DNA of 64,000 nt from Tubiluchus corallicola (taxonomy: Eukaryota; Animalia; Priapulida), in NCBI GenBank assembly GCA_030141605.1, contig JAQGDQ010000978.1, forward strand, positions 10,005 through 74,004, in the 5' to 3' direction. Shown in pieces: positions 13,210 through 27,650 of the stretch (positions are counted from its first letter, which is position 1; the number at the start of each line of letters is the position of its first letter). The notes beneath the pieces are model-generated. The model was not told where the DNA came from. It saw only the letters and a list, made by a program, of their open reading frames with translations, and searched no databases. The position numbers and the translations under genes are program-made.

Positions 13210-13830
13210 TTAAAGCAAAACCGGATCAGATCTTAAACTACAGGACAAAACAATCTACTCTTTAAAATATTGAAAGGAAACGTATTATTTTTTTCAAAAA
13301 TGACTTACGTGAAAGAATTATTACCATACAAACACGATTTCACGTTCGCGCCCCTAGTTCTTAGCTGTTACATGCGCCATTCGCTAGTTAGACTCGCCCT
13401 AACGCCTGCATTTCGGAAACGCATTACACAGAAAACAGGTGCTGTATTTCTCAGTTCAGATGTGTTCGTTTGTGACGAAGTACACACGTTCAACAGCTCA
13501 CGCGTGAGCACAGCGGTAAATTTGAAAGAATTTTTGTCTAAAAAGCCGCCTAGTTTTAGCACAACACACTGAATATCTTACAGTATCACCTCATTTCAAT
13601 TTTCTCTCTTACAAACACATGCAACACGCTCGTGGAATATTTTTTGCACTTGGAAATTACGTTAATCTGTCATGTCATCTATAGTTGGGCTCGCCTGCCG
13701 TTGATTAAGTATTTAATCTATTATTTAATTATTAGAAACGCTTTTACAGTAATAACTGTGTTAAAATGTATACTTTTTATCGGACTTGAGAATGGGTATT
13801 ATATGAAAAATCATCCTGTCTTCATCACTT
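13210..13830. mobile_element. TTAA-flanked (Kolobok-like) non-autonomous element, same family as 43319-43871 and ~23020-23370
   Basis: Begins TTAAAGCAAAACCGG and is colinear with the 43.3-kb copy (CAAAACAATCTACTCTTTAAAATATTGAAAG, CACAGCGGTAAATTTGAAA, CTCGTGGAATATTTTT). Confidence 0.75.
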
Positions 13831-15831
13831 ATTTAATTTTGACTTGCATGTCAAATAACACTGAGTCTGTACTTTTTCTTAATAGTTGATTTCTTTAATA
13901 ATAAGTTTGTAACGCCATTCTACAAGTTTCTCTAATTAGTTAAATATCTTTTAATCTATTACTCCTTCTCTAAATTCCGTGCAAACATAAAACCACTAGA
14001 TTAAGTTTTGTGTCAAAACTATTTTACATTGCTGAACATCTTCAGGCTCCAACTACAAATGTACTCCTTCTAACTTGTAGCTCTTTTTAAAAAAAAATTA
14101 GCAAAAATGACTGAATGTCTACGCAACATTCAAAACTATTCTGCATGACCGGCGGCCACAGTAGTGGTCGCATGTCTATGGACCAGTCCTAGTGTTCAAT
14201 GTAATGTACTCATACCTCAAAAGTCTGTGCATTTGAAAAATTTGAATGTCAGGAATTTCTCTTCACTCTCATTATGTCACAGGGCTCCTCCTCTTCCCCA
14301 CAGGGCCTTTCTTACCAGCTCATTTTCATGTCAAATCCTTTAGCTTGAAGTTTCTCGGTTATGCACCACGGAGATACCCAGTAACTGCTGCTGACACCTG
14401 CCGGAGACTAACCGTAACATGTAAAATTTCTTCTGAAAAACAGAACTTTCGCTTATTAATCATTATGAATACGTGGCATGAGATCAGCCCAAATAACGTG
14501 AAACAAATGAAATAATATTGAAACGTGCAAAAAACTTTGATCATAGCGCTGTTGTGACAAAATGATCTAAATAAATCGATATCGGCCAAGAAGACTGTTA
14601 TATGATAGTCAGTGTATGGCTGGTAAACTGTTCCCATTGTGTCATGCCTGCCAGAAAAACAATTAAGACCTACTGTAGAGACAATGAAATTAATTAATAA
14701 AATCTAAATAAACTGAAATATAAAAAAATCTAAAAAAACATCATTAATGTTGCTGTAGAGAGAAACTGTTGAGCGAACTGGTTCATTTGTGACGTAAATA
14801 TTACTTTCTATGTTAGTATAGAAATTGAAACTAGAAACCAAACAAAACGGCCATTACCTCTGATTAAGCATAATATTTTTATCAACAATTGGTCTGTTTT
14901 TAATTAATTCCGCCAAATTCTTTAAAGTACAACTCAAAATCTTAACGCAAAAACGTCATTAAAACAAGTTTGCAAATGCGTGGCCTACACCAACTTTTAG
15001 TTAATAGTATGATACCGGTTCTAGACGTTGCTTACCCTACCTAGAATTCAATTACTCCAAAAAACTGTACTCCATTATCTCAAATATCCACATGCTTTAG
15101 GGTTGGGATTTTATTTTAGGATTGAAGAAACAGAAATTTCTCTTCGCTTTTGGCATGTCACCTGTTCTCCTTAACAGAGGGCTAGTCTTACCAGTTACCA
15201 GCTCCTTCAGCTTGCAACTCGATCAGGATTTTTCATAAATCACACACCAAAGAGTAACAGTTACTGCTGCTGCCACCTGTCAGAGAGTAATCGGAACATG
15301 CAAAATTTCCTTCCATAAACAGAAGAATACTGCATTTCTCAATATTTTCTATACTATCTATACACAGCACAAAGTCGTAAGCACAAACCAAAATACTTTA
15401 TTTCACATTATGCTTATTGCGTTAATTAATCTTTGCTTTGTTTTAAGTCAGTTCTGGCAATTTTTTCAAAAACGCACGGTAAAATCGGTAAAATCATTAT
15501 AATTACAAATTAATTAATTAATTATACATTGTATTAAAATCTAAAACCATAATTATCAAGCAAATCACTACTTTCCCAATGTTTTGTAGCCTCCTACTAA
15601 AACAAAGCTTTAATACATCCACACATGTTCGTCAATAACTACTTTGTTCTTGTTTTTGGTTAGATCAAAGCCGCAAGACATCCTTCAAGAGGCTTTGTCA
15701 CTCCTGCCCTGACTAGGGTACTTTGACTTGCTTACCGACGTGTTACAATGTTCTGGGACATTCCTAAGTTGCTCTACATTGCATCACGTGTAAGAGCAAC
15801 AGAGTAGATTTTTCAGCAAACACCGAGCTGC

Positions 15832-16097
15832 GATAAATCTAAGAAGTGAGTTCAGATAAACCTAAGAAGTGAGTTCAGATAAACCTAAGAAGTGAGCTCA
15901 GATAAACCTAAGAAGTGAGCTCAGATAAACCTAAGAAGTGAGCTCAGATAAACCTAAGAAGTGAGCTCAGATAAACCTAAGAAGTGAGCTCAGATAAACC
16001 TAACAAGTGAGCTCAGATAAACCTAACAAGTGAGCTCAGATAAACCTAACAAGTGAGTTCAGATAAACCTAACAAGTGAGTTCAGATAAACCTAAGA
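15832..16097. repeat. 23-bp minisatellite, about 11.5 copies
   Basis: Unit AGATAAACCTAASAAGTGAGYTC. Confidence 0.95.
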
Positions 16098-16277
16098 ATG
16101 AATCCTTAATCGTCTGTATCACCTGCCTAATTCGGATCACGCAACATTGACACGTATGCCTAAATATCTGAATCTGAAGCAAATCTAGTATTGATCATCT
16201 CAAAGTTTGACAGAATTAACTTCACGATATTCTGATGACGGCAATAATTATTGGGAAAAAGCCAGAGCCCTGTTCTA

Positions 16278-16696
16278 ACTTTGTCCTGCGCAACAGAACT
16301 GAATTTTCTAACGCTACCGACGCTACTTTCTTGGCTACTTTGTCCTGCGCAACAGAACTGAATTTTCTAACGCTACCAACGCTACTTTCTTGGCTACTTT
16401 GTCCTGCGCAACAGAACTGAATTTTCTAACGCTAACGACGCTACTTTCTTGGCTACTTTGTCCTGCACAACAGAACTGAATTTTCTAACGCTAACGACGC
16501 TACTTTCTTGGCTACTTTGTCCTGCACAATAGAACTGAATTTTCTAACGCTACCGAGGCTACTTTCTTGGCTACTTTGTCCTGGGCAGGGCAACAGAACT
16601 GAATTTTCTAATGCTACCGACGCTACTTTCTTGGCTACTTTGTCCTGGGCAACAGAACTGAATTTTCTAACGCTACCAACGCTACTTTCTTGGCTA
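16278..16696. repeat. 59-bp minisatellite, about 7 copies
   Basis: Unit CTACTTTGTCCTGCGCAACAGAACTGAATTTTCTAACGCTACCGACGCTACTTTCTTGG. Confidence 0.95.
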
Positions 16697-17280
16697 CATA
16701 GCAATCATACGGCATGAGCAAGTATTCTTACCTGGTATTTATTTCATCGTAATGGTCAGCTAGCAAAAATGCCTGGGATATATATAACCCATGATGGGAT
16801 TTAATCTATGAGGATTCCGTATTTGATTACACAATAACAAACATTCTGACGACGTAAACAGAACTATTTAATGGCGTCCTTTGACAAGTTTAAACTTTTC
16901 TGCGGCAAAAGTTTTTTTTTTGTTTTTATTACCATGTCTCCTGCAAATACAGTATTTTTAGCACATGCATATGTGGGCACACACTTACAAAGGTGAGTAT
17001 AATTTGTTAATTGCCCTTAGATGTTATGTTAGTATGGAAAAGACCAATAATTGTTATTAGCATAAATGTTAAGTAGAGATATCGTAAATCACTCATGTGC
17101 TGTGTTTCCAGGAAACATTTAAATAAAAACAGACTAGTATGTAAAACCGTTTAAAATACTAATCCATTTCAAAAATTAAAGTGCCAGTTAAGCAGCTCTA
17201 AATGACTTTGGGTTTAAGTGAACGTCAAAATAGTTTCTAATTACGAAATCTTATATAAAAATATTGAAAATTGCTTCCCA

Positions 17281-17298
17281 AGAGAGAGGGAAGAGAGA

Positions 17299-17381
<83 letters not shown>

Positions 17382-17442
17382 TGAGAGAGAAAGTAGAGTG
17401 GAAGAGAATCGAAAAGAAGAAGAGAAAGAGAGAGATAGAGGG

Positions 17443-17488
<46 letters not shown>

Positions 17489-17562
17489 GAGAGAGGGGGA
17501 AGAAAGCGAGTGAGAGAGTGAAAAAAGAAACAGAGAGAGAAAGAGAGAGGAGAGAGAGAGAA

Positions 17563-17612
<50 letters not shown>

Positions 17613-17837
17613 AGAGAAAGAGAGAAGAGAGAAAGCACAAGAGGGGAGTGAGAGAGAGAGAAGAGAGAGAAAGAGAGAGGAAAGAGAGAGAGAGAGAGAG
17701 AGAGAAGGAGAAAGAGAGAGAGAGAGAGAGAGAGAAGGAGGGAGGGAGGGAATGATGAGAGAGATGGGGGAAGAAAGCGAGTGAGTGAGTGAAAAAAGAA
17801 ACAGAGAGAGAAAGATCGAGCAAGAGAGAGAGAGAGA

Positions 17838-17931
<94 letters not shown>

Positions 17932-17984
17932 GCACAAGAGTGGGTGAGTGAGAGAGAGAGAAGGGAGAGAGAGAGAGAGAGAAG

Positions 17985-18015
<31 letters not shown>

Positions 18016-18480
18016 GGAGAGAGAGAGAGAGAGAGAGAGGGAGGGAGAGAGAGAGAAAGAGATGGAGGGAGAGAATGATGACAGAGATGGGGAAGAAAGC
18101 GAGTGAGTGGCTGAGAGGAAGAGGGGGAGAGAGTGAGTGAAAGAAAGAAACAGAGAGAGAAAGATCGAGCAAGAGAGAGAGAGAGAGAACATGTAAAGTA
18201 AGAAGGGAATGAAGAAAAAAGGCATTGGCAGAGGGAAAAAAGAGAACTGGCTCACATGGAAAGAGCAGTACAAAGTCGCCAAGGGAGGGTAAGCATAACA
18301 GAGAAAGAGGAAGGAGAGAGAGAGGGGGAGGGAGAGAGAGAATGGGAGGGAGGGAGACAGAGGAGAAAGATATACGGAGAGACAGAGGTAGAGTTAGGCT
18401 AGGCCTAAGGAAAAGTTGAGATAGACATAAGAGAAATAAAGAAAGAGCAAGAAAGAGAGAAAGAGTGGAGAAACCGAAAT
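17281..18480. repeat. Interrupted (GA)n / polypurine tract with internal higher-order duplications
   Basis: About 1.2 kb of GA repeats. The interrupting motifs GATGGGGAAGAAAGCGAGTGAG, AAAGCACAAGAG and AAAGATCGAGCAAG recur. Confidence 0.95.
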
Positions 18481-19535
18481 AGAAGGAAAAAACTTTAGCA
18501 AATATTCACCAATATAGAATACAGTTGGATCTGACCTGATTAGATGCTGACCTTCAATCCTTACTCTGCTAGAGACGGCTCCAAGCACAAAACTCTTACC
18601 TGGTACCTTACACCCTCAAGAAGGCGGAATCTACCTTGTAACATGTTCGACCACCCTGCCTTCAGAGGTCTCCTCTTTTCATGACCTGTGACCTTACTCC
18701 TCAAGTAGCAGAGTAACTACAATGACAGATTTCGTGTCGTTCGCAAGTCTCAATCGTAAAGTGAAGCCCCTGCAGAAAACTTGGCCTTAAATATTCGAGA
18801 ATGGGAGGAGATATTAAACAGCTCTCAATTGTAATTCCCACTATTAATCAACTGAATTTGATAAATCGAAGAAACGAGTTTGACAAAAGTAAAATGAGCT
18901 CCGGCGTCTTTTATGTTGCTTTTAAGCATTAAAATAAATATATTTCATTTTGGGGCTGCAAAACGATGGACACTCAAATGCATTGCTTCTTTATTAATAT
19001 GGCCAAAAAGAAGATAGCATGAAAAAGTTAGAACGTGGCCAGACTTTTCTGCGAAAGGCTTTTTTGACAACCAATTCAAGAGAAACGATTTCGACTGAAA
19101 ATAGAAATTGAGTTCTCTAAAGACGACTGAGAAAATTTAATCTATTTCTAGAAAAAATTCATTTTGAAAAAAATAAATAAATGCCTCCAAAAGCCATAGT
19201 ATTTCCAATTGTATACGTTACAGCCATTTTTGCATGGGAATTTGTACTTATGCTTGCCAAAAACAAAATACGCGTAATAATAAACATGGAAGGGTTATGA
19301 CATGCTTCGACAATGGTTCGACATTCTATGACTTATGCTTGCCAAACAAAATAAGCATAACTATAAGCATGAAAGGAATAACGGTTCGACATTTTATGAC
19401 AACAGAATATAATTATAACCAACAATTACATGACCTTGAGTCTGTCCTCGAAAACTTATCATCCGTTTTTCCAAAGTACTTTCGTAGCGGAAACTTCACC
19501 AAGACCATCATAAACAGAACTTCCTACTTGCGAAG

Positions 19536-19643
19536 TTATTCTGCAATGCTGTCTTCTATTTGGTGATGTTTATTCTTCTGCTGTTGCTGCTGCTGCTGCT
19601 GCTGCAAGTCACCTATCAGACGACTGTCGTCGTGAATTGTACC
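19536..19643 (-). other. Possible terminal coding exon with a poly-Q tract
   Basis: Acceptor CTTTAG followed by GTIHDDSRLIGDLQQQQQQQQQKNKHHQIEDSIAE-stop. No upstream coding partner was established. Confidence 0.3.
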
Positions 19644-22383
19644 CTAAAGTGATCAAAGTCAAACAGTTTGCACAAAATGAAATTATTAATAAAGTAAGTT
19701 TTGCGAATTATATATATATTAATTCTTTATTTGTCATTAAAATGGTTCACTCATTATAATAAAATTGAGTAAGCCTCAGCGTAATGTTAAAATAACAACA
19801 CTGTTTAAGACAAATGCGTCCAGTGCATACTAAAAAAACTAAAGTGCAAAACTAAGGCCTAATTACATACAATAAATGAACATATTTACAAACACAATAT
19901 TAAAATATTTTTACAAAACAATATTACAAAAGTACATTAAATTTTACATGACATATTTTACACTATATATACATTTGACATGACACAATTAACAGAAACA
20001 TGCTTTACATTACATAAATTTCACTCATTACATTTACACTACTTATACATTTGACATTACAAAACTAACACAACACGTCCATTCTTGTACATCATTTTAA
20101 AGAATACATTGACACAAACAATGACCACTGTCTCACGTGATCTACTAAACACGACTTTTTAAAACTACAGCACCTCTTTTATTCAGTTTTACTAACACAC
20201 AGACGACCTTTGGCATTTAACACAGCAGAAATTACTTACAAATTTTTGTTAAGGGGTGCGTGACAGGTCGGATGAATAACTTCTTGACCCAACATCAACT
20301 TTTCTACTTCCTCTAATTCGCTGATATCTTCATGTTCCTCTTGTCGTCCTCCTGTTCAACTTTTGGCTGACGCTCGCATACCATGTTCTTCCAGTGAGGA
20401 TAGTAGACTGTCTTCTGTGTCTCAATGTCACAGACGTTATTAGATTGTGGATCCATCCAGTGCACTGTAAATTGAAATTAAACTATGGTTTGATTATCAT
20501 ATGATCCTTGGTTTGAAGAAACCAAAAAACTTGAAATTTAGTTTTAAGATTTTATTCTGAAGTGTCTGCATAAACAGTGAAGTAGTGTCATGTTGCAAAC
20601 AGAAAACCAAGTGACAGAAACTACAGGTTAAATTATTTAGGTGTGAAAACAGGTTTAGAGATTATGCATTCCTACAAGACTATAGAAGCCAATGAAAATT
20701 TAAACAGTAAAGAGAAAGATTTAATAATGTTAACAATAACACCTGAAGGTGGCAGCACTATCCAAAGCTCAAAAAATATGATGACAATACACCTTAAATT
20801 TAAATTTAGAGTAATTAAAATGATTTTCTTCTGTCCAATCCTAATAGCTCATCAGCACGTACATTACTTCTAAATGTTCGCTTACCTTCTTTTCTTTTGT
20901 TCAAAAGTTCCCGGTTCAAATTCAGGGTTCAACCATGATCCTTTTCAAAGTTGCTTTCTTTTGGCCAAAGCTGTTTTTTTATACAGACCGCAAGTAGAAG
21001 TAATTTTCCATTTACTGATCGAGTCTTAATGTTGCCAAACTTTGATCGCTAAGCATATACTGCGATTGTTGAACGTTACATATACTCGTTCCATTTCAGG
21101 CTATGTACCAGAAACATAACTGACACCACATCTGCAAATGCTTTATTTTCAAGACAAATTAAATAATTGTACCATAATGGTTCTCATGAAAAGTATAAAA
21201 ATAAACTTTACTAACGCCGTCGAACAAGAGCAGGCGGGGCAGAATGTTATCAGGGTATCGAAAGGCATTGACCCGGTAGGCCTGTTCTCCCAGAGTGACA
21301 TTTCCACAGTTCCAGTACCTCCCACTACAGCAAAATGTCATCGGGAAACGCCCTAAAAAAGAAAAAAGAAAAACAATTCTAAGCAAAGAAGGAATAACAA
21401 TTTATTACCGAAATTATAGTGATAGATTATAAACAATTTTTATTTTATTTTTATATTACATATGCAGTCCCCATACATGAGGTTTTTCTTTGCACTGTTT
21501 GCAACAGTATTCAGAAGTAAAAAATATTAACTAATAATTATAAAAGTAAAGGCATAATTATCATAATTAATATAAGGCATGATTGTAAAAGCTTGATTAC
21601 AATTAAAAAGGAAATACCATGCAATGTAGCTAACGACTAGCTAACGAAGTTGGTTCCCTGAGTTTCTTGTAACAGTTTAAAATTTCATAATTTGTAATGC
21701 TTATTTGTACCAGAATTAGATTTGCAGTAGAATAAAAAGTAGATTTGACTGTTTAGTGGATCGACAAACCATGTTATCATTTTTAATGCATTTACTACGA
21801 AACAATTACGTCAAGAAATGTATTAATTTTAATTAAATGACTTGTACTTACAAAAACCGTTTTCATCTTCTAGAAGCATTCGAAGACTTACTGTGAATAC
21901 GTGTAGTATTGTAATTTACGTTATAAAATCAACTTATTTTAACAGCAGCACCCAAATTACAGCTTACAAACGACTGTGAATTTCTTTCTGCAGCATGAAT
22001 AAAGGCTTCTGTGACCCACATTTAGTGCGAAATTCAAACCTGTAAACCTGAAATTGTTCAAGGTCGGAAACATTCATTCATAAGACTGCAGATGAATGCC
22101 TGAAGCCCGTGGACAAACCCATTTTGCTTTAAAGGGGTGAAGAAATGATTTTATCAATCCATGAATAGTTTTTAGGAAACGTGGTAAATGGACGTTCACA
22201 ATCCATTTCTTTCAAAAGACTGTAGATGAACTGCTGAAGTTTGTGGATGAACTCATTTTGCTTTTGAGGGGAGAGGAAAACTCTTATCAATACATTAATA
22301 AATTTATGAAATGGGTAATAAATGTACCGTCACAAACCAACTTGTCGAAATGGCTAATTATACTTATAAAAAGGGGTAAGAGT

Positions 22384-22764
22384 AGATAGATAGATTGATA
22401 GTTTATTTCTGAAAATCAAATTTCCAACACGAAAATTACTAACTCGACGCATACCCGATGGTTTTATCAGCGGGCAGAGCTCGGGTAATGATTTCCAGAT
22501 CATACTAACAATTTGACTCAACATAGCTGCACGAGGTATATACACAGATATACAAATTTAGTTGTAAACTCTATGAAGCGAAAAAAAACTATTAACTAAG
22601 CATTTGTGCACATGTGATAAACAAATATTTTACCTATATGATAATCACAGTGATGCGGTTATATGTCCGCTAACAAAGCTATACTATTTAATTCAAAAAT
22701 CTATGCATACAGTCGTAAATGAAATTTCCAATCGACATTAATTCTCCGTCAAATAAATTTGCAA
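22384..22764 (-). mobile_element. Retroposon 3' end (CR1/L2-like LINE fragment); near-identical copy at 46971-47347
   Basis: On the minus strand it ends in AATAAA plus a (CTAT)n tail. About 380 bp are shared almost base for base between the two loci. Confidence 0.7.
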
Positions 22765-23019
22765 TATTACTATAATTTAACGCGTACGGTGATCTATAAA
22801 GTGCATTTTCTTGGCACTCGTATGGATAGTTAATAATAATCAAAATACCAGGTAAAGCATACCTATTTGAAAGACGGCTGCATTTCTACGTGGTAACTGG
22901 CAAATGTGAAAAAACTGGGACGTTTCTTCATAGGAACTTCGAGTTTGGTTCAGCCGAAATTTATACCTCTGTAAAATTTTTATGGAAAAACTCAGTAACT
23001 GAATGTTTTAGATGTTTTC

Positions 23020-23370
23020 GCCAGTTTGTGACGAACTACACACGTTCAACAACTCATGCATGAGCACAGCGGTAAATTTGAAAGAATTTTTGTCTAAAAA
23101 GTCGCCTACTTATAGTACAACACACTGAATATCTTACAGTAGCGCTGTACTTCAATTTTCTCTTTTACAAACACGTGCAACACCCTCGTGGAATATTTTT
23201 GATGTTGAAAATTATGTTAGTTTATGATGTCATCATTAGTTGGGATTGCCTGCCGCTAATTAAGTTTTTAATCTATTATTTAATTATAAGAAACGTTTTT
23301 TCGGTATTAATTATGTTAAAATGTGTACTTTTTATCTGACTTGAAAATGGGATAGTATATGAAAACTTTG
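23020..23370. mobile_element. Partial copy of the Kolobok-like family (13210 / 43319)
   Basis: Colinear match from GTTTGTGACGAA through CTTGAAAATGGG. Confidence 0.7.
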
Positions 23371-26300
23371 GTCTGTCCCTGTCACATTCCACAATTATTC
23401 TGCATTACGTTTTGCATTCAAGTAGCCGAATACTTTTTGTGGGACGCCATGTTAGAAATTTCAAAACCATTTCATTCTGATCATTCATACCGTAATTGTT
23501 ATTAAGAGTCTTATAACCTCAAATTACTAGTGATAATTATAGCATCTACTTACCTTCAAGGCTTGTGCTCAATTAACTCCCCAGACACACAATATCTGCA
23601 TTTCTATCACAAAAATATTAAAAACTTTTTTGGCATTTGGGAAAGAAGACGACAGCACGCAAACATTGCTTGAAGTCGCCCAGACAAGTGACGGCTGTAG
23701 AAAACGTGTTCCGGTTTTATACATGCATGGCTTCCGACTCGCCCACTTCCAACACAACGAAAAGTTCACGTTGTTGCTTACAGCGGTTTTTGTTCCCTTT
23801 ATAATTTGTACAGGACATTCTGCATTCGCTCTATACTGGGTAATAATTCTAAACTTAAAGTACAAGAAAACCCTTCACAAACATGAAGCTTGAAAAATTC
23901 GTTTTGAAATTTTATATCGCTTACATACTGCCTTTTTACATGCAGGACATCAATGGGCAGTCACGCTGTATAAAACATGTAAATTTAAACTCCCGCGATG
24001 ACCGTTGGACGCAGCCATTTTCACGACAGGTCAATTGAAACAAGTTTAGGTAACATTTTGTAAAGTCTGAAAATATAATTAGAGCATTCGTAGCGCACAA
24101 GTCACTAACTAAATAAAATTTCAAATTACTGTATCTTGTCAATAAAATTAAAAATACTTTTTTGGTTAGTGAGTGGTGCACCCTGTAGGTAACAATTTTC
24201 TTTTTTAGTTACATAAGTCTTTCTAGCAGGTAAGCGAAAATGTAAGTAATATAGATTTGCAAGGAAAGTCTTTTGAGACATAATTTAACATTGCTTTCTC
24301 TTCCCTTGATTTACGTTTGGTACATGACGTCATGTAATGGCGACTTCGGAACAGTATTGCGGGAGATTTAAAATGAAAACAAACTAAAATTCCTTTCAGT
24401 GCGAGTAAGAGATACGCATAAAATTGCTATAAAGTAATATTATTTTTTAAAGCGATTTTTCTGAAACTTACTTCGGGTGCCCCTTTTCTTGTCCTTTAAA
24501 GCTCGCATTTCGACGCTAACTCTTACGTTGTGTAAGCACACAGAAAATTATCGTCGTTGTATAAACTTACAGATATTTTTCTATTTTGATAATTTCCAGC
24601 ATACACAAATATGTGATAATAGTGCTTTATGATAGGAAAACTCTGTCACAAGTTTATTATCTAGGAAAATATCATATTCGTGTATTTATTAGGATACGTC
24701 TGCATGAATTACAATCACAAATTAGTCAGCAGTATCAATTTTGTGTATTAGACTCAAACTTAGGTGATCTTATTTGTTTTTCTTTTGTTTTGTTTATTAA
24801 TCAGATCCTTTTGTTATTATTTTAATGCATGTATTTTGCAGTTTGATTCAGTTCCCTATTTGAAAGCTTGTTTAAATTTCTGATTGGCTAGCTTACTTTT
24901 CACTTCATTTAATTTGTTTTTTATTATTTTTTATTTATTATTATTGTTATTATTTTGCATGTTTTTCTCATTTTGAGTTATACATGGACGATATAACGAA
25001 TTTTGATCATTTTTACATTCATTTGTACCACATTATTTGGCTTTTACTTACCATTGCTTTTTCTTCATCATTTTCCTGTATGTTTAGATATCTTTGATTG
25101 CATTTTCATCCTTCAGGTATTTAAAGTTGATTAGTGAATTTTAAACAGATCAAGTTGCTAAGTAAAATAGTAATAATGTAATTTCACTATTATTCATGAG
25201 TGAAATAGCTACAGTGTCATCCCAATAATCACATACATCCATTGAAGGATGGCTTGACTAGTTGACCTTCTTGGTCTTTCGCCATCCTATTTCCGTTGTG
25301 ATAATTAAGCACATTTACTTGCCTCAGTTATATCATGAATATGGAAATAAATGCACGTTTTGAATTGAATTGAATTGTATGCACATATGCATCGTAGGTG
25401 CTCTCGGTTGAAAGCATTCGTCAAACCAATAGGAGCGAGAGGGAACGGGGGGAGGGAGCAGAAAAACGGAGATGGAAGGAGAAAAGGGAAGCAGTAAGAC
25501 GGACAGGTAATGAAGCAGAGACGTATGGAAGAAGATAGATAGAAATGGAGAGACAGGAAGAAGACAGTATGAGAAAGAAAGACAGATAAAGAGAGAGAGA
25601 GAGAGATTGAGTCTTTTGATTTCAAATCAATTTTTTTGTTTTGTTCACTTATTTAAATTCTGTTTCATCTTATTTGCCATTTTTAATTTTAGCTCATTTG
25701 AACATAGTATCAGAATTTTTGTCAAGTTATTTTTGTTTTCAAACTGTTGATTATTATTTATTTGTGTATATTCACCAGACAGGCCACTTAATTTTCTTTA
25801 AATTTGAGTAAGGTTGGCTGACCTAGTGAGTGTTGGTCTTTTTGCCAGCTAGACTCTTTGCAAATTTAAAGTTTATTAGTTTTTTTTATTTTCATTTCTT
25901 AAAAGTTTTGAGACAAACAAATTACTTACATAAAAAAGACAGAAAGATGATATTAATTTTTGGATGCGAATACTTTCTACAATACAGTTTGAACAAGATA
26001 AAAGAAAATATTGTGAGGAAAGAATACATGAGGTCAATGCTCAAACGACTCAACTTATCTTATTCAATAAGACAGGTAGGGTTTAAAAAGCTTAAAACGT
26101 TTTATGGTTCCCAAAATCTAGAAGCAGTACAGTCTTAAAAATACTTTCGTTTTGTGTTGTTTGCAGCAGGTTCTGTTCGGCAAAACTCCATCAAGTATAA
26201 AGATAAAATATTAAAAGTATCTTACATCATGAAAAACACCCTAAATACAATACTAACCGTCTTACGGGAATAAAAATGTTTGAAGAAATTGTTCAGTCGA

Positions 26301-27234
26301 CCATGCTTTACAGCTCTGAAACATGCGAATAATTATAAATCGTACAGAGTAAATTTGATGACGTGCCAAGCGAAGATGTTAATAACAAATTATGTAGAGT
26401 CCTTTTTAGTTTTAATAAGAAATTTAATAAATTTGACACTGGATTATGAATATCCCATGGATTATTAATTAAATATTGTTTGAGTCTCTGTTTTTAGTTA
26501 TTAATGTACAACTGATAGGATGCAGAAACAAGAAACTATTGCAACCATAGTATCTATAGATTAATTCTGCTGGTATGTTATACATATATTTATATATATA
26601 TAAGATTCGAGGCTACAGCTCGGACGACGGCACCATTCGCTTGGAAAACTGCTGACGCAAACCCATTGTTCTGACGTCATCCATTATACTCTGTCTATAA
26701 CTTTAATTCAGTAAAAGCTGCTGCTGCTGGCTTTGCATTATAAATGAGGACTGTGTAGGATGTTCGCGTATTATTGATTATAAGTGTATTTATAAGCAAA
26801 TTTTTTGCGGGGGCTTTGTTAGTGTTAGTATTATTGTTATTGTAGAACTATTTATTTTTTGCAATTTGCTGATTATGTTTGTTGTTTGTGTATGATTTGT
26901 ACTGCGTAGTTTCAGTGTTTTTATATTTCACTGTTGAAACTGGCGTAATTGATCTAGTAATTGTTTTGTAACTTATGATACATCTACCTGTTCTAAGGCA
27001 GTAATAAAATAATATGAAATATAAAATATTTTTATCACTGGCGTTAATGACGTTGGTGTTCTGCGCAAAAATTAATTATTACTGTTTTACTGTAAGTAAT
27101 TCTATATACTTATTTCAAAGTTTGTTTTGTTAGTAATTTATTGAAAATCATTTTGTTTGTGGATTTGATTCTCCGAAAGGATCTATTCTAACCCTGTATT
27201 TTTCCACGTAACACTTAAATAAACTATTAAATAG

Positions 27235-27650
27235 CCATTTTACACTATGAATTAGGTATCTTTGAAGCAATTCATCCAGTTTATCTAACTGCGTTTTTAT
27301 AAACTAAGTGCCATTTCTATGTAAGACAATTTTATAATAGGCCTGCGACTTGGCCGACCGAACAGGCGACTTCTGCCTAACAAACAAGGAAACAAATACA
27401 CTCTTTCTGCCTGAAGATGGAGCCACAGTATTGGAAGAACTGTTTGTAGATGTAAGTGCATAGGCATTGATGTATGTACACGAGCTTTCTTGACCAAGCC
27501 CTGAAGTTAACAGACATTCTTCAATAAAAATTACATATTGATGCAAAATTCAGCTAGAATTTTACTGTGCAAAGTGAAACATACTTAGTGGATGCATAAA
27601 ACGCTATTATAAGCATTTCAGTGGGAAAAAAGACGTCAAAAATCCTTTAG
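27235..27650. mobile_element. Diverged copy of the 3575-3979 element
   Basis: Shared CACTATGAATTAG, TTATCTAAC, TGAAGATGGAGCCAC and ATTGATGCAAAA blocks in the same order. Confidence 0.55.

Noticed and set aside
17218-18282. Long ER- and LS-repeat ORFs (also 28321-29199, 34385-34576)
   Set aside because: They are translations of (GA)n/(CT)n microsatellites, open in several frames on both strands.
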